A stretch of DNA of 64,000 nt from NCBI GenBank assembly GCA_965263355.1, contig CBDHHL010000035.1, positions 1-64,000 of the forward strand. The letters run 5' to 3'. Every line of letters begins with the position of its first letter. The stretch's first letter is position 1. This document shows positions 28,472 to 38,753 of the stretch, piece by piece. This DNA is from Leptolyngbyaceae cyanobacterium (GTDB lineage Bacteria > Cyanobacteriota > Cyanobacteriia > Phormidesmidales > Phormidesmidaceae). A program made the position numbers and the translations under genes. Under the pieces are notes generated by a model. It had not been told where the DNA came from. It saw only the letters and a list, made by a program, of their open reading frames with translations, and did no database searches.

Positions 28472-28523
28472 TTGCCCTGGACGCAGCTAGTCAAGAAAAG
28501 AAAGAAGAACATTAAGGAGAGAA

Positions 28524-28781
28524 ATGGAAATAAATTATTCTTTCAAGTTCCCATCTAGTGAGGCGGTTGAGAACGTGAAGGCTCTGGCTGCAGAATTTCA
28601 GATTGAAATGCCTGAGGCTCTTGCTTATCAGTTCACTGGATTGCTCACAGCATTGGGGGACGAGCAAAGGCATGAGTCAATCGATCAAGAGGCATGGCTA
28701 AATGTTGCTATGCAAGCTGTTGCCAGAGATGGCCTGCTGGCGTTCCCAATGGTTGAAGAAGTCTACCTCAATGGTTTTTAG
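28524..28781 (+). CDS. Hypothetical protein
   Basis: AAGGAG RBS. Confidence 0.65.
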   Translation: MEINYSFKFPSSEAVENVKALAAEFQIEMPEALAYQFTGLLTALGDEQRHESIDQEAWLNVAMQAVARDGLLAFPMVEEVYLNGF

Positions 28782-28904
28782 CCATGGGATTAACGCAGTG
28801 TAAAAACTTGGCGGTTTGTCTTTTTATCCATACATATATACACACACAATTAATTAGGTGTGTGCTAAATTAAAAGGGTAGTTGAGAAACGGAATTACTT
28901 AAAA

Positions 28905-29207
28905 ATGACTAACGACTTTTGGGAAGCAAAAATTGCAGAAAGACAATGGTTAGAGAAAGCTGCTGACGAGCAAAGATTGCTCAATTCAACTGACTGGGGT
29001 AGTGAGGGCTGCGAAAGTTTTTCACAGATTGTCAAAAATTGCATTGAGCGGGGGTCTGGAGCTACTCGCTTTAAGTCCTCTGTTTTTAAGGACTGTTCTT
29101 TCAGCGATGCAATCGATGAAGCGCTTGTCGAGCTAGGTTTGAGCGCTGACGAAATTCAACTACCGAGTTTTAAGGACGCGAATGACGAATTCGTCATTCA
29201 GTTTTAA
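28905..29207 (+). CDS. Hypothetical acidic protein
   Basis: ORF followed by an RHH gene. Confidence 0.6.
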   Translation: MTNDFWEAKIAERQWLEKAADEQRLLNSTDWGSEGCESFSQIVKNCIERGSGATRFKSSVFKDCSFSDAIDEALVELGLSADEIQLPSFKDANDEFVIQF

Positions 29208-29208
29208 T

Positions 29209-29397
29209 ATGACCACAAAACCCCGCAATCCCCGCAACGCCGGGGCAAAGCCATTGGGAGGCGAGCCCAGGCAACGGACTAACATCATGCTGGACGTAGG
29301 GCTAAAGGCTGAAGCGGCAGACAAGGCAGCCGAGCTGGGATTAAGCCTTAGTCAGCTCATTAATGAGCTAATCAGCGAGTTTCTGAAAGCCACATAG
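29209..29397 (+). CDS. AT-hook-like/RHH (CopG-like) regulator
   Basis: RNAGAKP..RQRTNIMLD....AAELGLSLSQLINELI. Confidence 0.7.
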   Translation: MTTKPRNPRNAGAKPLGGEPRQRTNIMLDVGLKAEAADKAAELGLSLSQLINELISEFLKAT

Positions 29398-29430
29398 TAC
29401 GTTTGCTAAATTTGTAAATACCAAGGGAGA

Positions 29431-29817
29431 TTGATTATGCCTGTAAACTCTGGGATTGGGTACGTAGCTGCTCACGACGAAGAAACTAAAGTCGAAAACG
29501 ACGACTGCGTGATTTCTTGGGAAGGAGGTTTTGAAAGCAAAATACCTGAAAAGTATATCGCTCTACTCTACTCAGACGAGCAAAGTATTTTCACTGAAAA
29601 CCAGCATCCAAATCTTGAAGTTTTCGATAACGACAGTCTGTCAGACGCCGTTTTCTATCAAGAATTTATCGATTGGCTAGCGACCGATCTGAGCAACATT
29701 GATGTGCAGGTAAAAATGATTAAAGGCAATCATTTTGAGTACTATTACTGCGAGAGAGATTACTTTAATTCGTTTAATTGGCTTAAATACGCGGAAATGC
29801 ATAAATCATTAAGTTGA
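29431..29817 (+). CDS. Hypothetical acidic protein
   Basis: ORF with GGAG RBS. Confidence 0.55.
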   Translation: MIMPVNSGIGYVAAHDEETKVENDDCVISWEGGFESKIPEKYIALLYSDEQSIFTENQHPNLEVFDNDSLSDAVFYQEFIDWLATDLSNIDVQVKMIKGNHFEYYYCERDYFNSFNWLKYAEMHKSLS

Positions 29818-30115
29818 CCCGCTGCCCAAAACCGTCGGGCCTAAAAGCTTGGCGGTTTTTGTTTCTCACAAATGTCTTCCCTAACCCACCAGCACCCACC
29901 CTCAGGCTTCTCTACGAACAGATAACCAGGCATCGACCATGGGGGAGGCTTCACCGTGCCATATCTCGGCCTAGGTTTACTGTTGCGTTGTGGGCCTGGG
30001 GAGTCGGGGAGACGTACGCGGTTCATCGGCAATGCAAGAACTTTATGAATAATTAGTTGACGTTTCTAGATAGGGGCACTATAGTAGAGACACAGAACAA
30101 ACGGAGTAAAAAACA

Positions 30116-30391
30116 ATGGCTAACGACAACACTATCCAAATCAAAACAACTGGCAAATATACACTTCGCCTAACTGACGTAGATGCTGGTCGTTTCTTTG
30201 GATGGGATGACGCTTTTGACCATCCGTTCGCTACTGTCTACGTTGACACACTGCCTGACACGAGTCAGGGTGATTTGCTTGTGGATACCGCAGAAAGTGG
30301 CGGAGCTGTCTATAAGGGGCTAATACTAGCCACAATTCCCGGATGTGAAAGCCCCAACACTTACCAACTACAAGTTGAATATCAACTCTAA
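30116..30391 (+). CDS. Hypothetical moron protein
   Basis: Promoter TTGACG-17-TATAGT at 30057-30085 and GGAG RBS. Confidence 0.65.
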   Translation: MANDNTIQIKTTGKYTLRLTDVDAGRFFGWDDAFDHPFATVYVDTLPDTSQGDLLVDTAESGGAVYKGLILATIPGCESPNTYQLQVEYQL

Positions 30392-30421
30392 CCACATGGG
30401 CGCATAGCGCCCTTTATTGTT

Positions 30422-30664
30422 ATGGAAATCAAAAAACTAGGTTACTCGTCAAACCCTTGGCGGCTCGTCGCTAACGACGGCAGAGAGATATACATCCCAG
30501 AACTAATCACTATCCCCAAGCCGGGGAGGTTCGGGCGAACAGACAGATCACAGACCATTGTCAATATGCCTGTTTGTGGCAAAACAAAAAAAGAATGCAC
30601 AGAAAAAGCGTTAAGCCTGCTTTCTAAATTGGTTGATCTACATCTGAACAAACCCAATGACTAA
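30422..30664 (+). CDS. Hypothetical protein
   Basis: ORF coupled to the downstream regulator. Confidence 0.55.
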   Translation: MEIKKLGYSSNPWRLVANDGREIYIPELITIPKPGRFGRTDRSQTIVNMPVCGKTKKECTEKALSLLSKLVDLHLNKPND

Positions 30665-30890
30665 ACCCGCCAGAGGCAAACACCCCAACAGTAAAGCCAA
30701 CCTAATTCATGAAGGAGTTGCCCCCCAACGACACAACGAGCCCAAATCCAAATTAGTGCGCTTTAAGCTAACCCCCACTGACTATGCCGCCGTTATGGCC
30801 TTACTCAACGACGCAAACATCGACAGCCCACGGGCGTTGTTTGAGGCGTTGAGTGATGGGGTAATCAGTCTTTCGCCCATCAGTAAATAG
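30657..30890 (+). CDS. Small RHH-like regulator
   Basis: RGKHPNSKANL...KSKLVRFKLTPT... Confidence 0.5.
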   Translation: MTKPARGKHPNSKANLIHEGVAPQRHNEPKSKLVRFKLTPTDYAAVMALLNDANIDSPRALFEALSDGVISLSPISK

Positions 30891-30962
30891 GCTAAAATAA
30901 AAGCACCGCCTGACTTTGGGAGCTGGGCGGTGCTTTTGATGTAACAATGGAAATTACTACCT

Positions 30963-31538
30963 ATGAATATAACACAACTTGGATATCCGGTAGGTGAGGG
31001 CGGGACGGCCATAAGTAATGAGCTGATCCGACAGAAGAATCTTTCACTTAAAGCTCGGGGGATGATGGCCTACATTCTCTCTAAGCCGGACCTGCTGACA
31101 AAAACAAAGGGCGATGTCATTGACCACTTCGTCCAGTGCTCGCCTGCTGGAAAAGAGTCGTGCAAGAATGGGCTAAACGAACTAATCGCTGCAGGGCTCA
31201 TCCCTGAATGGAGCAAACTTCCAAGCCCAACACTTGCCCAAAGGGGGAAGCCAGGGTTTGTTTATGTGCTAGAGGAAAGCAGAACAGGTCTTTATAAAAT
31301 TGGCTCAAGCAAAAACCCAAAAAAGAGGGCGCAAGCGATAAACAATCAAAGGCGGGACAAGGTAACCTTGTTGGTCGCAATTCAGTGCGGCGATATGGGC
31401 GAACTAGAAAACTTGGCTCATGAGCAATTTAGCCAATATCGACAAGATGGTGAGTGGTTCCTGCTTCCCAAAAGTGAGGTTGTAGGGATAGAAAAAACGA
31501 TACTTAATTTAGGAGCAGCCAAAGCGAACCTAAAATAA
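30963..31538 (+). CDS. HTH plus T5orf172/MUG113 (GIY-YIG) protein
   Basis: LSLKARGMMAYILS; GFVYV...YKIG.S..P.KR; E...H..F...R..GEWF. Confidence 0.75.
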   Translation: MNITQLGYPVGEGGTAISNELIRQKNLSLKARGMMAYILSKPDLLTKTKGDVIDHFVQCSPAGKESCKNGLNELIAAGLIPEWSKLPSPTLAQRGKPGFVYVLEESRTGLYKIGSSKNPKKRAQAINNQRRDKVTLLVAIQCGDMGELENLAHEQFSQYRQDGEWFLLPKSEVVGIEKTILNLGAAKANLK

Positions 31539-31603
31539 AAAGCACCGTCAGGGGGGAAGCCAAACGGTGCTTTGTCAAGCAAATATCTTAAAGGAATAAT
31601 AGC

Positions 31604-32559
31604 ATGGCTAAGGCTTATCGGCATTTTGATAGGACTAGTTTGATATGGGATTCAACACTCCCTACTAGCGAAAAGTTTGTACTGCTAGCCATAAACAGCT
31701 TCGCTTCAGCTGATGGCAACGGCATATTTCCAAAGCAACAGTCATTAGCCGAGATGACAAGTATGTCAAGACGGACCGTCAACAGGGTCATTGGGAACCT
31801 TGAAGGCAAATATCGAATTCTTACCCAAATCCATAACTACAAGGATGCTGCTCATGGGGCGGTCGTCGCAATAGTACCTACATAGTCCATTGGGAGGTGC
31901 TTGAAACCCTTGCCCAGAGCAAAGGTGAAAATTTGGCGTATGGTATAGGACAAAATGACGTGTCCCATGCGCCAGAGGATCACAACATAACTGTCCAATC
32001 TAAAGAATCTAATCTAACTGTCCATAAATACAGAACAGCGTTTTTTTCAAAAACCGCAGAGTGTGGGGAAGCTTTGCTTAATTCTGACCAGGGGGAGCCA
32101 GAGGATAACTGCCCCACCCCACCCCCGAATGGCCGAAGCCCGAAAAAGCCGAACAAGCCAAAGAAGCTGTTTGATGGAAGCTCAAGATTGAGTATTGACC
32201 ACAATGGCTGGGTAGTGTTGCCTAGCGCTATTGATGTAGCGCCAAGATATCGAGAGCTGATAGGGCCAGTGGTGGCTCAGACGATGGTCTGGGTAAAAGT
32301 ATGGTTCGTCGGCCATTACTCAGGCGAGCTTGAATTGACGCTGCATTACCAGGATGATGGGATAATTTACGCCATCAGTGGCAAGGACTTCGATGTGATG
32401 GCCTACAGCGAGTTTCTAAGCAAAGATGGCCCAGTGCCTGTAAGGATGATGCGAGACGTGATGATGGACCGCACAGGCGGCTTCCAGGAGGAATTTAATG
32501 ACGTGCTGAGCTATTACTTTGGGGAGGCTTGGGGAAGGGCTTTGCAGAGGATTGCTTGA
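31604..32559 (+). CDS. Replication-initiator-like HTH_36 protein split by an apparent -1 frameshift near 31856-31862
   Basis: IFPKQQSLAEMTSMSRRTVNRVIGNLE. The -1 frame continues GGRRNSTYIVHWEVLETL into ORF 31897..32559. Confidence 0.6.
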
Positions 32560-32565
32560 TGAGTA

Positions 32566-33201
32566 TTAAGCCCAACTCCCCCTCAAATATGCCTGTGCTG
32601 CCGTCGCCTTTACTGCCAAAGGCATCTGGCTAAATGCCTGTACAAATGCCGCCAAAGTTACAGGCATAGACTTAACCCCCACCTCCCAATCGTAGCCGCC
32701 TCGCATCTCTTCTCGTAATTGCTGGGCGATCGCAGCATCTACTTTCAGCTGGCCATTGTTGATCGCAGCGCTCAGGTTCAGCAAAGCGCTCTCTAATACG
32801 TCGCCAGAAAGCTCAGTAACATGACTCCAATGGCGAATCTGGTAATACTGCCACTCGCCAGCCATTGGCTTAGGGTGCCCTTGATAGCCTTTCAGCTTTG
32901 CTTGGCTGAACTGGCGACGGATGCCATCTTTGTAATGCAGAGTATTGCAATACAGTCGTTCTACTGGGTATAGCCCACCTTTTCGCATCTCTGGGTTAGT
33001 GAAGTTACTCCACCAGAGATCGAATACGGCTTTAGATAGCTCGTTGGGCAGCAAGATATCTGAGCTGTTAATCCCAATAACTTGATACTGGTAAGCCTGA
33101 GCGGGGAACTTTCGGGACTGCATGAATAGTGCTGTAGCCCACCCTGCATAAGAAGCGTAAAGGCTGCAGTGCCAGGAAATTTCATAGCTTAATCGTGGCA
33201 T
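32566..33201 (-). CDS. Hypothetical protein downstream of terminase
   Basis: Translationally coupled to terL. Confidence 0.6.
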   Translation of the reverse strand: MPRLSYEISWHCSLYASYAGWATALFMQSRKFPAQAYQYQVIGINSSDILLPNELSKAVFDLWWSNFTNPEMRKGGLYPVERLYCNTLHYKDGIRRQFSQAKLKGYQGHPKPMAGEWQYYQIRHWSHVTELSGDVLESALLNLSAAINNGQLKVDAAIAQQLREEMRGGYDWEVGVKSMPVTLAAFVQAFSQMPLAVKATAAQAYLRGSWA

Positions 33202-34757
33202 CAGGACACTCCGAGTTCTTCAAAACGATCAGCTATTGACGACTGTTGGATACCAATAAGGCCAGCTGTTGTGAAGCCCATTAATTCGGTAATAGCCCAT
33301 ACCAACGCATCTAATCGGTTAGGCGATTTATCCCCAGGACTCCATTTGCAAAGCTCTTTTTCTAGGTCTGGGAAATGCCCGACATGATGGACACGGCCTG
33401 ACTCATACAGCTGTTGAACAGGTTCAGCCCTAACTTGCTTTCCCCGTGTAGCCTGAACGTCCTTGTACCCTACTTGAGGGTTTATGTTTTTGACGGTATT
33501 TTCTACCATATCCCCCCCATAGTTACGCTCACCTGCGATAATGTCTGCCTGCAAAGATTGGTATCGTCCGATTGCTGCGCCTGCCCACTGATTGGGCTTG
33601 CCAAGTAGTGAGTCATCAGCCAAGACATAATAATGGCCATTGGCGGTTTTACCCACAGCTACAATGCCAGCTTCAGTATTGATGCTGCCAGGGGGATCAA
33701 CGCCTACAACAATGCGAACAAAATGAGACGGAGGAACAGCCTTTCGGTATGGCTCAATATCGTTTTCCATGCTCCATAAACCTCCGTCAGGTTTATCTTC
33801 GTGTTGGGATTCTTGCAAGAATGCACTTAGACCCCAATCATTAATCTGCTTCTCGGCAACTTCAATGCTTTGCCCCTGAGGCCAAGTAGCCTCTCCCTTG
33901 ATGATGCGATACTGGTTTTTCTGTAATTTTTCGTCAAAGTGATGCTCTACTTCTAATCCATTCACTGCTGGTTCTTCAACGACCGAAGCGCCTAGCAGAA
34001 ATCCTGCTCTACCATCTGCGACTTGAGCGATCGCGCTATCTTTGTGGATTTTATTTTGCACAAATAACCCAGTAGCATAGGTCGCCCCAGCTGCAAGAAT
34101 AGCTTTCGAGATAGTGTCTAGTTTTTTCTGAGTCCCTTTGGCAGTATCGTGCTCGCCATCGACATCGTCCAAGATGATTAAGTCTGGCCTAAACTGTTCC
34201 ATTCGAGCACCACGAATCCGGCTGTTTAGACCAACACCAAGCACTCCAAACCCATTGGCTGTCTGTAGTCGGTCAGCAGTCCATGAAATGCTAGCTTGAT
34301 ACTTATTCAGCGCACGAGGAACGCCCATCTGCTCTAGTAGTGCAGCAACTGCCTGTACGTGTAAATTAGCCTGATCCTGGGTGCCACAGACATACAAAAC
34401 AAAGCGACGCTTTAGACTGCAAGCAAGATACGCGCAACCCTGCTCTGCAATTGTTGACTTAGCTCCGCCACGAGCCCAGATTTCAATCCTTGATTCAATA
34501 GGGGTATCTGGCTGCATTCGATCTAGCCAATCCCATACCGCTAAATGTCGTGTACCAGTAGGGACAAGTACCCCTGGCAAACGACGTTGCAGAAAACTGT
34601 TAGGCGATTCACCTGGCCGGGGCTGGAGATCAAGAGATAGCTGATTGTAATTGCGAGAGTCTTCCCTTTCGACGCCCAGCGTTCGCGCTAAACCCTCCCA
34701 CCATTCATCTATTTCACTTTGGCTAGGTCTTCTACGGGTTCGAGTCCTTGAGCCCAT
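33201..34757 (-). CDS. terL: Terminase large subunit
   Basis: WARGGAKST Walker A, RPDLIILDDVD Walker B, nuclease IVVGVDP...SPNRLDALVWA. Confidence 0.92.
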   Translation of the reverse strand: MGSRTRTRRRPSQSEIDEWWEGLARTLGVEREDSRNYNQLSLDLQPRPGESPNSFLQRRLPGVLVPTGTRHLAVWDWLDRMQPDTPIESRIEIWARGGAKSTIAEQGCAYLACSLKRRFVLYVCGTQDQANLHVQAVAALLEQMGVPRALNKYQASISWTADRLQTANGFGVLGVGLNSRIRGARMEQFRPDLIILDDVDGEHDTAKGTQKKLDTISKAILAAGATYATGLFVQNKIHKDSAIAQVADGRAGFLLGASVVEEPAVNGLEVEHHFDEKLQKNQYRIIKGEATWPQGQSIEVAEKQINDWGLSAFLQESQHEDKPDGGLWSMENDIEPYRKAVPPSHFVRIVVGVDPPGSINTEAGIVAVGKTANGHYYVLADDSLLGKPNQWAGAAIGRYQSLQADIIAGERNYGGDMVENTVKNINPQVGYKDVQATRGKQVRAEPVQQLYESGRVHHVGHFPDLEKELCKWSPGDKSPNRLDALVWAITELMGFTTAGLIGIQQSSIADRFEELGVS

Positions 34758-35242
34758 CTCCGTTTCAGTGCCTCCATGAATGTATCCGGGGTAATGCGCG
34801 CCTGTACTGTCAATTCAACAATGTCGTCCGGACTCGGCTGAATATCGAACTTAATAACCATGCTCACCCATTCAGCAAAAGTTGGTGGGTAAAGTTCTCG
34901 CTGAGTCTTCATTAAATTAGCCATGGCATTGGCGCAGCCTTCTTTAGACTTGCCCTCTAGCGCCGCTGCTTCATGATAAAGATCAGCGATCGCCCCTTCC
35001 AATGCGTCCGACAAGTTAACTTTGCGCCCCGATGCTTGGCTGATCTTCCGAGACGTGGTTGCCTTTGTTAGCTCTACGCGGTCACGCTCTTCTTGCCATT
35101 TTTCTGCTGCCGCTTTTTGGGTGACCGAAGACTTAGACACCCCAAATTCTTTTGCAAGATCCCCATACGCTGGTTTTGGTTCTCTCTGCAAAAACGCAGA
35201 TTTAATAGCGCTCCATACAGTGCTATCGATACGTTTTGGCAT
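34709..35242 (-). CDS. terS: Terminase small subunit-like HTH protein
   Basis: W..IK..F...YGDLAKEFGVS...AAAEKW; directly upstream of terL. Confidence 0.7.
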   Translation of the reverse strand: MPKRIDSTVWSAIKSAFLQREPKPAYGDLAKEFGVSKSSVTQKAAAEKWQEERDRVELTKATTSRKISQASGRKVNLSDALEGAIADLYHEAAALEGKSKEGCANAMANLMKTQRELYPPTFAEWVSMVIKFDIQPSPDDIVELTVQARITPDTFMEALKRRWAQGLEPVEDLAKVK

Positions 35243-35352
35243 TTGTAGGGGGCTTCAAATAAATAGCAGTATTTATATCATAGCCTCATTCCCTATTGCA
35301 CATACCACAAAACCGCTTAGAATAGGCATAAATCCTGAGCGTCATCGTCCAA

Positions 35353-38300
35353 ATGGACACCTATTTCCCAGAGCCCATATATAGAGAAGATAGCCTTGTC
35401 AATCAAGCGACTGGGGTAGGTTTGTCGAAGTATGACCCTAGCCAGTCGTGGGATATATCTTGGCAAAATATACGAACTCTGAACCGATATCAACAATCGG
35501 CCCTCGCTTCAATCGGGCTGATGCATCGCATTGTTTATACCCTACCTAATGCCTGCTGCCGAAAGTGGGGAACGGTGACATTAGATGGGGGTTCTCAGGA
35601 TGACATAGAGAGCATAAATAAAGCACTGATCAATATCCCTGTCATTGACTCAAGGCGACGACGCGGTGGGGGAGGGTTTCGATCTGCCATTCGTATGGCG
35701 TTGGGGCTAGCCTTTAAGACCGGCAATGGAGCTCTCATCCTGGATGCTGATGACGGGAGACCTTTGTATGAACCGTTGGATTTAAATAATCTCAAAAAGA
35801 TTAAGTCCCTTCGTGTAGCCAGCAAATGGCAAGTGGTGCCGTACTTTTTCCATAATGATGGGCCTTCGTATAGCCATTATCAGGTGTTCGCCCAGGGGTT
35901 CTATACCCAGGGCGACGTTTTCAATATGTCGGGCACTATTATTCATCGGTCTCGTGTTTTCTGGTTCACGGGCATCGAAGAGGACGACGAGTTTATAGGC
36001 AATCGGTATAGCCTCCCCGGCACCGACCGCAGTATTTTAGACCTCGTTGTTGAAGCGTTCCTGGAGTATTACGGCGGCATCAAGGGGGCTGGGAGAATGA
36101 TCCAGGACTTCGATGTGATTGTCCACAAGATCAAAGGCTTGGCTGAAATGCTCCAAGCTGATTGCGATGGGGCCACTAGTAACGCTAAGTCGATGGTGGC
36201 TAACAGCGCTGCGATGAATGCCAAAACACGGTCTGCTTTCCGGTCTTACGTGGCTGATATGGACCAAGAGGCAATTGAGCACGTCACTCGACAGGTAGGC
36301 GGCTATGATGGACTGCTGCAGACAATTAAAACGTATCTGTTGATCAATACCCCATATCCCCCGGCTGTATTGTTTGGAGAGTTCAGTGCTGGGTTAGGGG
36401 CATCTGGCGAATCTCAAGAAGAGCACGCCCTATGGAACGATACAATTTCCCAGGAACACGAGGCTAAAATCAGCCCCAATATGGTTAGCCTAGACCCTGA
36501 GTTTACTGGCATCCTGGGCGTTGTCATGGCTCAACAAGAGGGGCCAACTAAAGGCGAGATTTTAGACAATGTTGGATGGAAGCCGAATAAGTTATTTGAA
36601 CCAACAGCCCAGCAGCAGGCAGCTTTAGAAAAAGATAGGGCAGTAATTATCCAAACGCTAGGTGCTATTGATAAACGTTTTGTTTCCAACGCAATTTTGA
36701 GTCATTACGGCGGGCAAGAGTACCAGGATACAATCACGCTAACCGAAGAGTACAAGGCAGCATTGGAAGCTGAGGCAAGATTGGAACAAGACCCGCCTGG
36801 AGACGAGCCAGAAAAGCCTGGACCAGGTGGCGATGATGCTGAATTGAGCCCTGCTGACGGGGGAACAGAAGACGATGTTGACTTGACTCAGTTTGCTGAA
36901 TTTATTGACTTTGATAAAACTGACAGCTGGGGGACTGATGAGTTATTCCCCCATTTGGATGCTAAGAAAAAATCCAAGTTACAGGTTGGCGATACCAAAA
37001 CTAAAAACGGCAAAACTTACGTTTTCAATGAAAATCGAAGATGGGCATTAGAGCGAAAGGGCGGGAGTAAGCCTAAGGCTAAATCGAAGGCATCGAGCAA
37101 AGCCAAAAAGAAAGGGCCACAGCCTGGAGACACCAAGCAAAGTAAGTCTGGTAAGACGATGGTGTTTAACGGCGAGACTCGTCGTTGGCGGTTGCAAAAG
37201 CCTGAAGATGTCAGGCGGACTAAGGCTGAGTTAAAGAAAGCCGTTGAGGATAAAGGGACTAAGTTGACTCCCGATGAGGCGAGGGAGGTGATTGAAGAGA
37301 GTTCAACTGGGCGGACTGCTGCCCGAGAAAAAGCACCCGAAATTTCAGTTGAGGAATACAAGAAGCTTGATGCTGTTGATCAGCAATTAGCCGCCCCAGG
37401 GCAAGAAAAGCCGCCCAAAGATGCGCCGCTGTCTGCCAAGGAGTTCAACCCCTACGCTAATCCTGACTTAACTCCGCAGGATTTTGTAAAAGTTTGGGCC
37501 GCCCGAGTGCGCATTGAAGCCCAGGACAATCCGGCAAAAGCAGAGGGGGCATCAGAACTTGATTTGATCGCCACAGATTTTTTCGGGAGTTCTGTCAAGA
37601 AGAAAGAAGACCCTAACGCATGGCGAAAATCGTTCGCAGAGTCCGGCCTTAAAAAGGCAGCTTATCGACGAGCGGTAGCATCCGCCATAGACGAGGGGTT
37701 TGTCCCTCCTGACGAGAACTGGATTAAAGTTAATTTAAGTAAAAAGCAGGCTTCTGCTTACGAGAGGAATAAAGCCCAACTAGAAAAAGACAGGGAAATA
37801 GTCAAAGCAGCTGACAAAGCGATTAAATACCCTTTAATGACACGCGATGAAGCCGAAGGATATAAGCCAACGTTGTCTAGGGCGGAAGCAGAGGCATATG
37901 CAAAGAACTCATTTTTGGGTGATCTCACAATGTATCACGGGAATTCTCAATCTGTAGTTGATTCTATCCGCAATGAGGGCTCTCAACCTGAGCTAAACAG
38001 AAAGGGTATTTATGGGCAAGGAACATACTTTGCGACATTAAAGCATACGGCAGAGACTTATGCAGGCAGCCTGGAAGAAAATTCTACTGCAGCGAATGGC
38101 TTGATTGCCGTTAAAACTAAAGTCAAAAACCCTTATATTACGACCATAAATGAGCTGGATAAAGTTTCAGCCTGGTTCTCTGGAGGGCCTTTCGGTGCAG
38201 AGCAATCAAATGGGATCAATAGTGCCGCACTAACAGAATATATGCGAGCCAAAGGTCATGACTCAATTTTTCTGAGAGACCATGGTTATTTGGTTTCTTT

Positions 38301-38535
38301 CGACGGAAGGCAGACAGTCGTTTATGAGCATGAAGATGTAGGAAAAACAACAAAAAAGGGGAAGGAGCTAGAGGCAAGACATGGAGCGGTTGAACTTCGA
38401 AACGGAGGCATGGAAACAGAGAGCAATGCTGTCTCGAAATTCTACAAAGACACCGCATATTCACAGTTAAAGACAACAGACACAAGAGACTACGGTAATC
38501 CCGAGGATGCGGACGATGAGGGGCTATTTTTCTAG
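35353..38535 (+). CDS. Portal protein (DUF1073-like) with a long C-terminal extension ending in an ADP-ribosyltransferase-like domain
   Basis: IIHRSRV and P..VLFG..S.GLGASGES portal motifs in aa 1-480; MYHG...GIYGQGTYFA....A..YA near aa 860-905. Confidence 0.75.
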   Translation: MDTYFPEPIYREDSLVNQATGVGLSKYDPSQSWDISWQNIRTLNRYQQSALASIGLMHRIVYTLPNACCRKWGTVTLDGGSQDDIESINKALINIPVIDSRRRRGGGGFRSAIRMALGLAFKTGNGALILDADDGRPLYEPLDLNNLKKIKSLRVASKWQVVPYFFHNDGPSYSHYQVFAQGFYTQGDVFNMSGTIIHRSRVFWFTGIEEDDEFIGNRYSLPGTDRSILDLVVEAFLEYYGGIKGAGRMIQDFDVIVHKIKGLAEMLQADCDGATSNAKSMVANSAAMNAKTRSAFRSYVADMDQEAIEHVTRQVGGYDGLLQTIKTYLLINTPYPPAVLFGEFSAGLGASGESQEEHALWNDTISQEHEAKISPNMVSLDPEFTGILGVVMAQQEGPTKGEILDNVGWKPNKLFEPTAQQQAALEKDRAVIIQTLGAIDKRFVSNAILSHYGGQEYQDTITLTEEYKAALEAEARLEQDPPGDEPEKPGPGGDDAELSPADGGTEDDVDLTQFAEFIDFDKTDSWGTDELFPHLDAKKKSKLQVGDTKTKNGKTYVFNENRRWALERKGGSKPKAKSKASSKAKKKGPQPGDTKQSKSGKTMVFNGETRRWRLQKPEDVRRTKAELKKAVEDKGTKLTPDEAREVIEESSTGRTAAREKAPEISVEEYKKLDAVDQQLAAPGQEKPPKDAPLSAKEFNPYANPDLTPQDFVKVWAARVRIEAQDNPAKAEGASELDLIATDFFGSSVKKKEDPNAWRKSFAESGLKKAAYRRAVASAIDEGFVPPDENWIKVNLSKKQASAYERNKAQLEKDREIVKAADKAIKYPLMTRDEAEGYKPTLSRAEAEAYAKNSFLGDLTMYHGNSQSVVDSIRNEGSQPELNRKGIYGQGTYFATLKHTAETYAGSLEENSTAANGLIAVKTKVKNPYITTINELDKVSAWFSGGPFGAEQSNGINSAALTEYMRAKGHDSIFLRDHGYLVSFDGRQTVVYEHEDVGKTTKKGKELEARHGAVELRNGGMETESNAVSKFYKDTAYSQLKTTDTRDYGNPEDADDEGLFF

Positions 38536-38727
38536 ATGAGTGAAATAAATTGGCTAGGTTGTAATTCTTGCAAGCACAAAAACAAGGGGGAATCCAAGTG
38601 TTCTGCCTTCCCTGAAGGCATTCCTTTCCCAATTGCTAACGGGAGCTTGGCCCATACATCAAAAATGTTTGGCCAAAAAAGCGGCATTGTGTTCGAGCGG
38701 CTAAACGTCAAACCCTCGTCCAATTAA
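38536..38727 (+). CDS. Small Cys/His protein, candidate immunity partner of the ART domain
   Basis: CxxCxH...C.AFPEGIP..I..G...H......Q..GIVFE; begins immediately after the portal-ART stop. Confidence 0.6.
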   Translation: MSEINWLGCNSCKHKNKGESKCSAFPEGIPFPIANGSLAHTSKMFGQKSGIVFERLNVKPSSN

Positions 38728-38753
38728 AACAAGTAATAACTCAATGGCCTGAT

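Noticed and set aside
35353..36800. Anti-CBASS Acb1 assignment for the DUF1073-like region
   Set aside because: The motifs and the position next to terminase indicate a portal; no 2H HxT/S pair was recognised.
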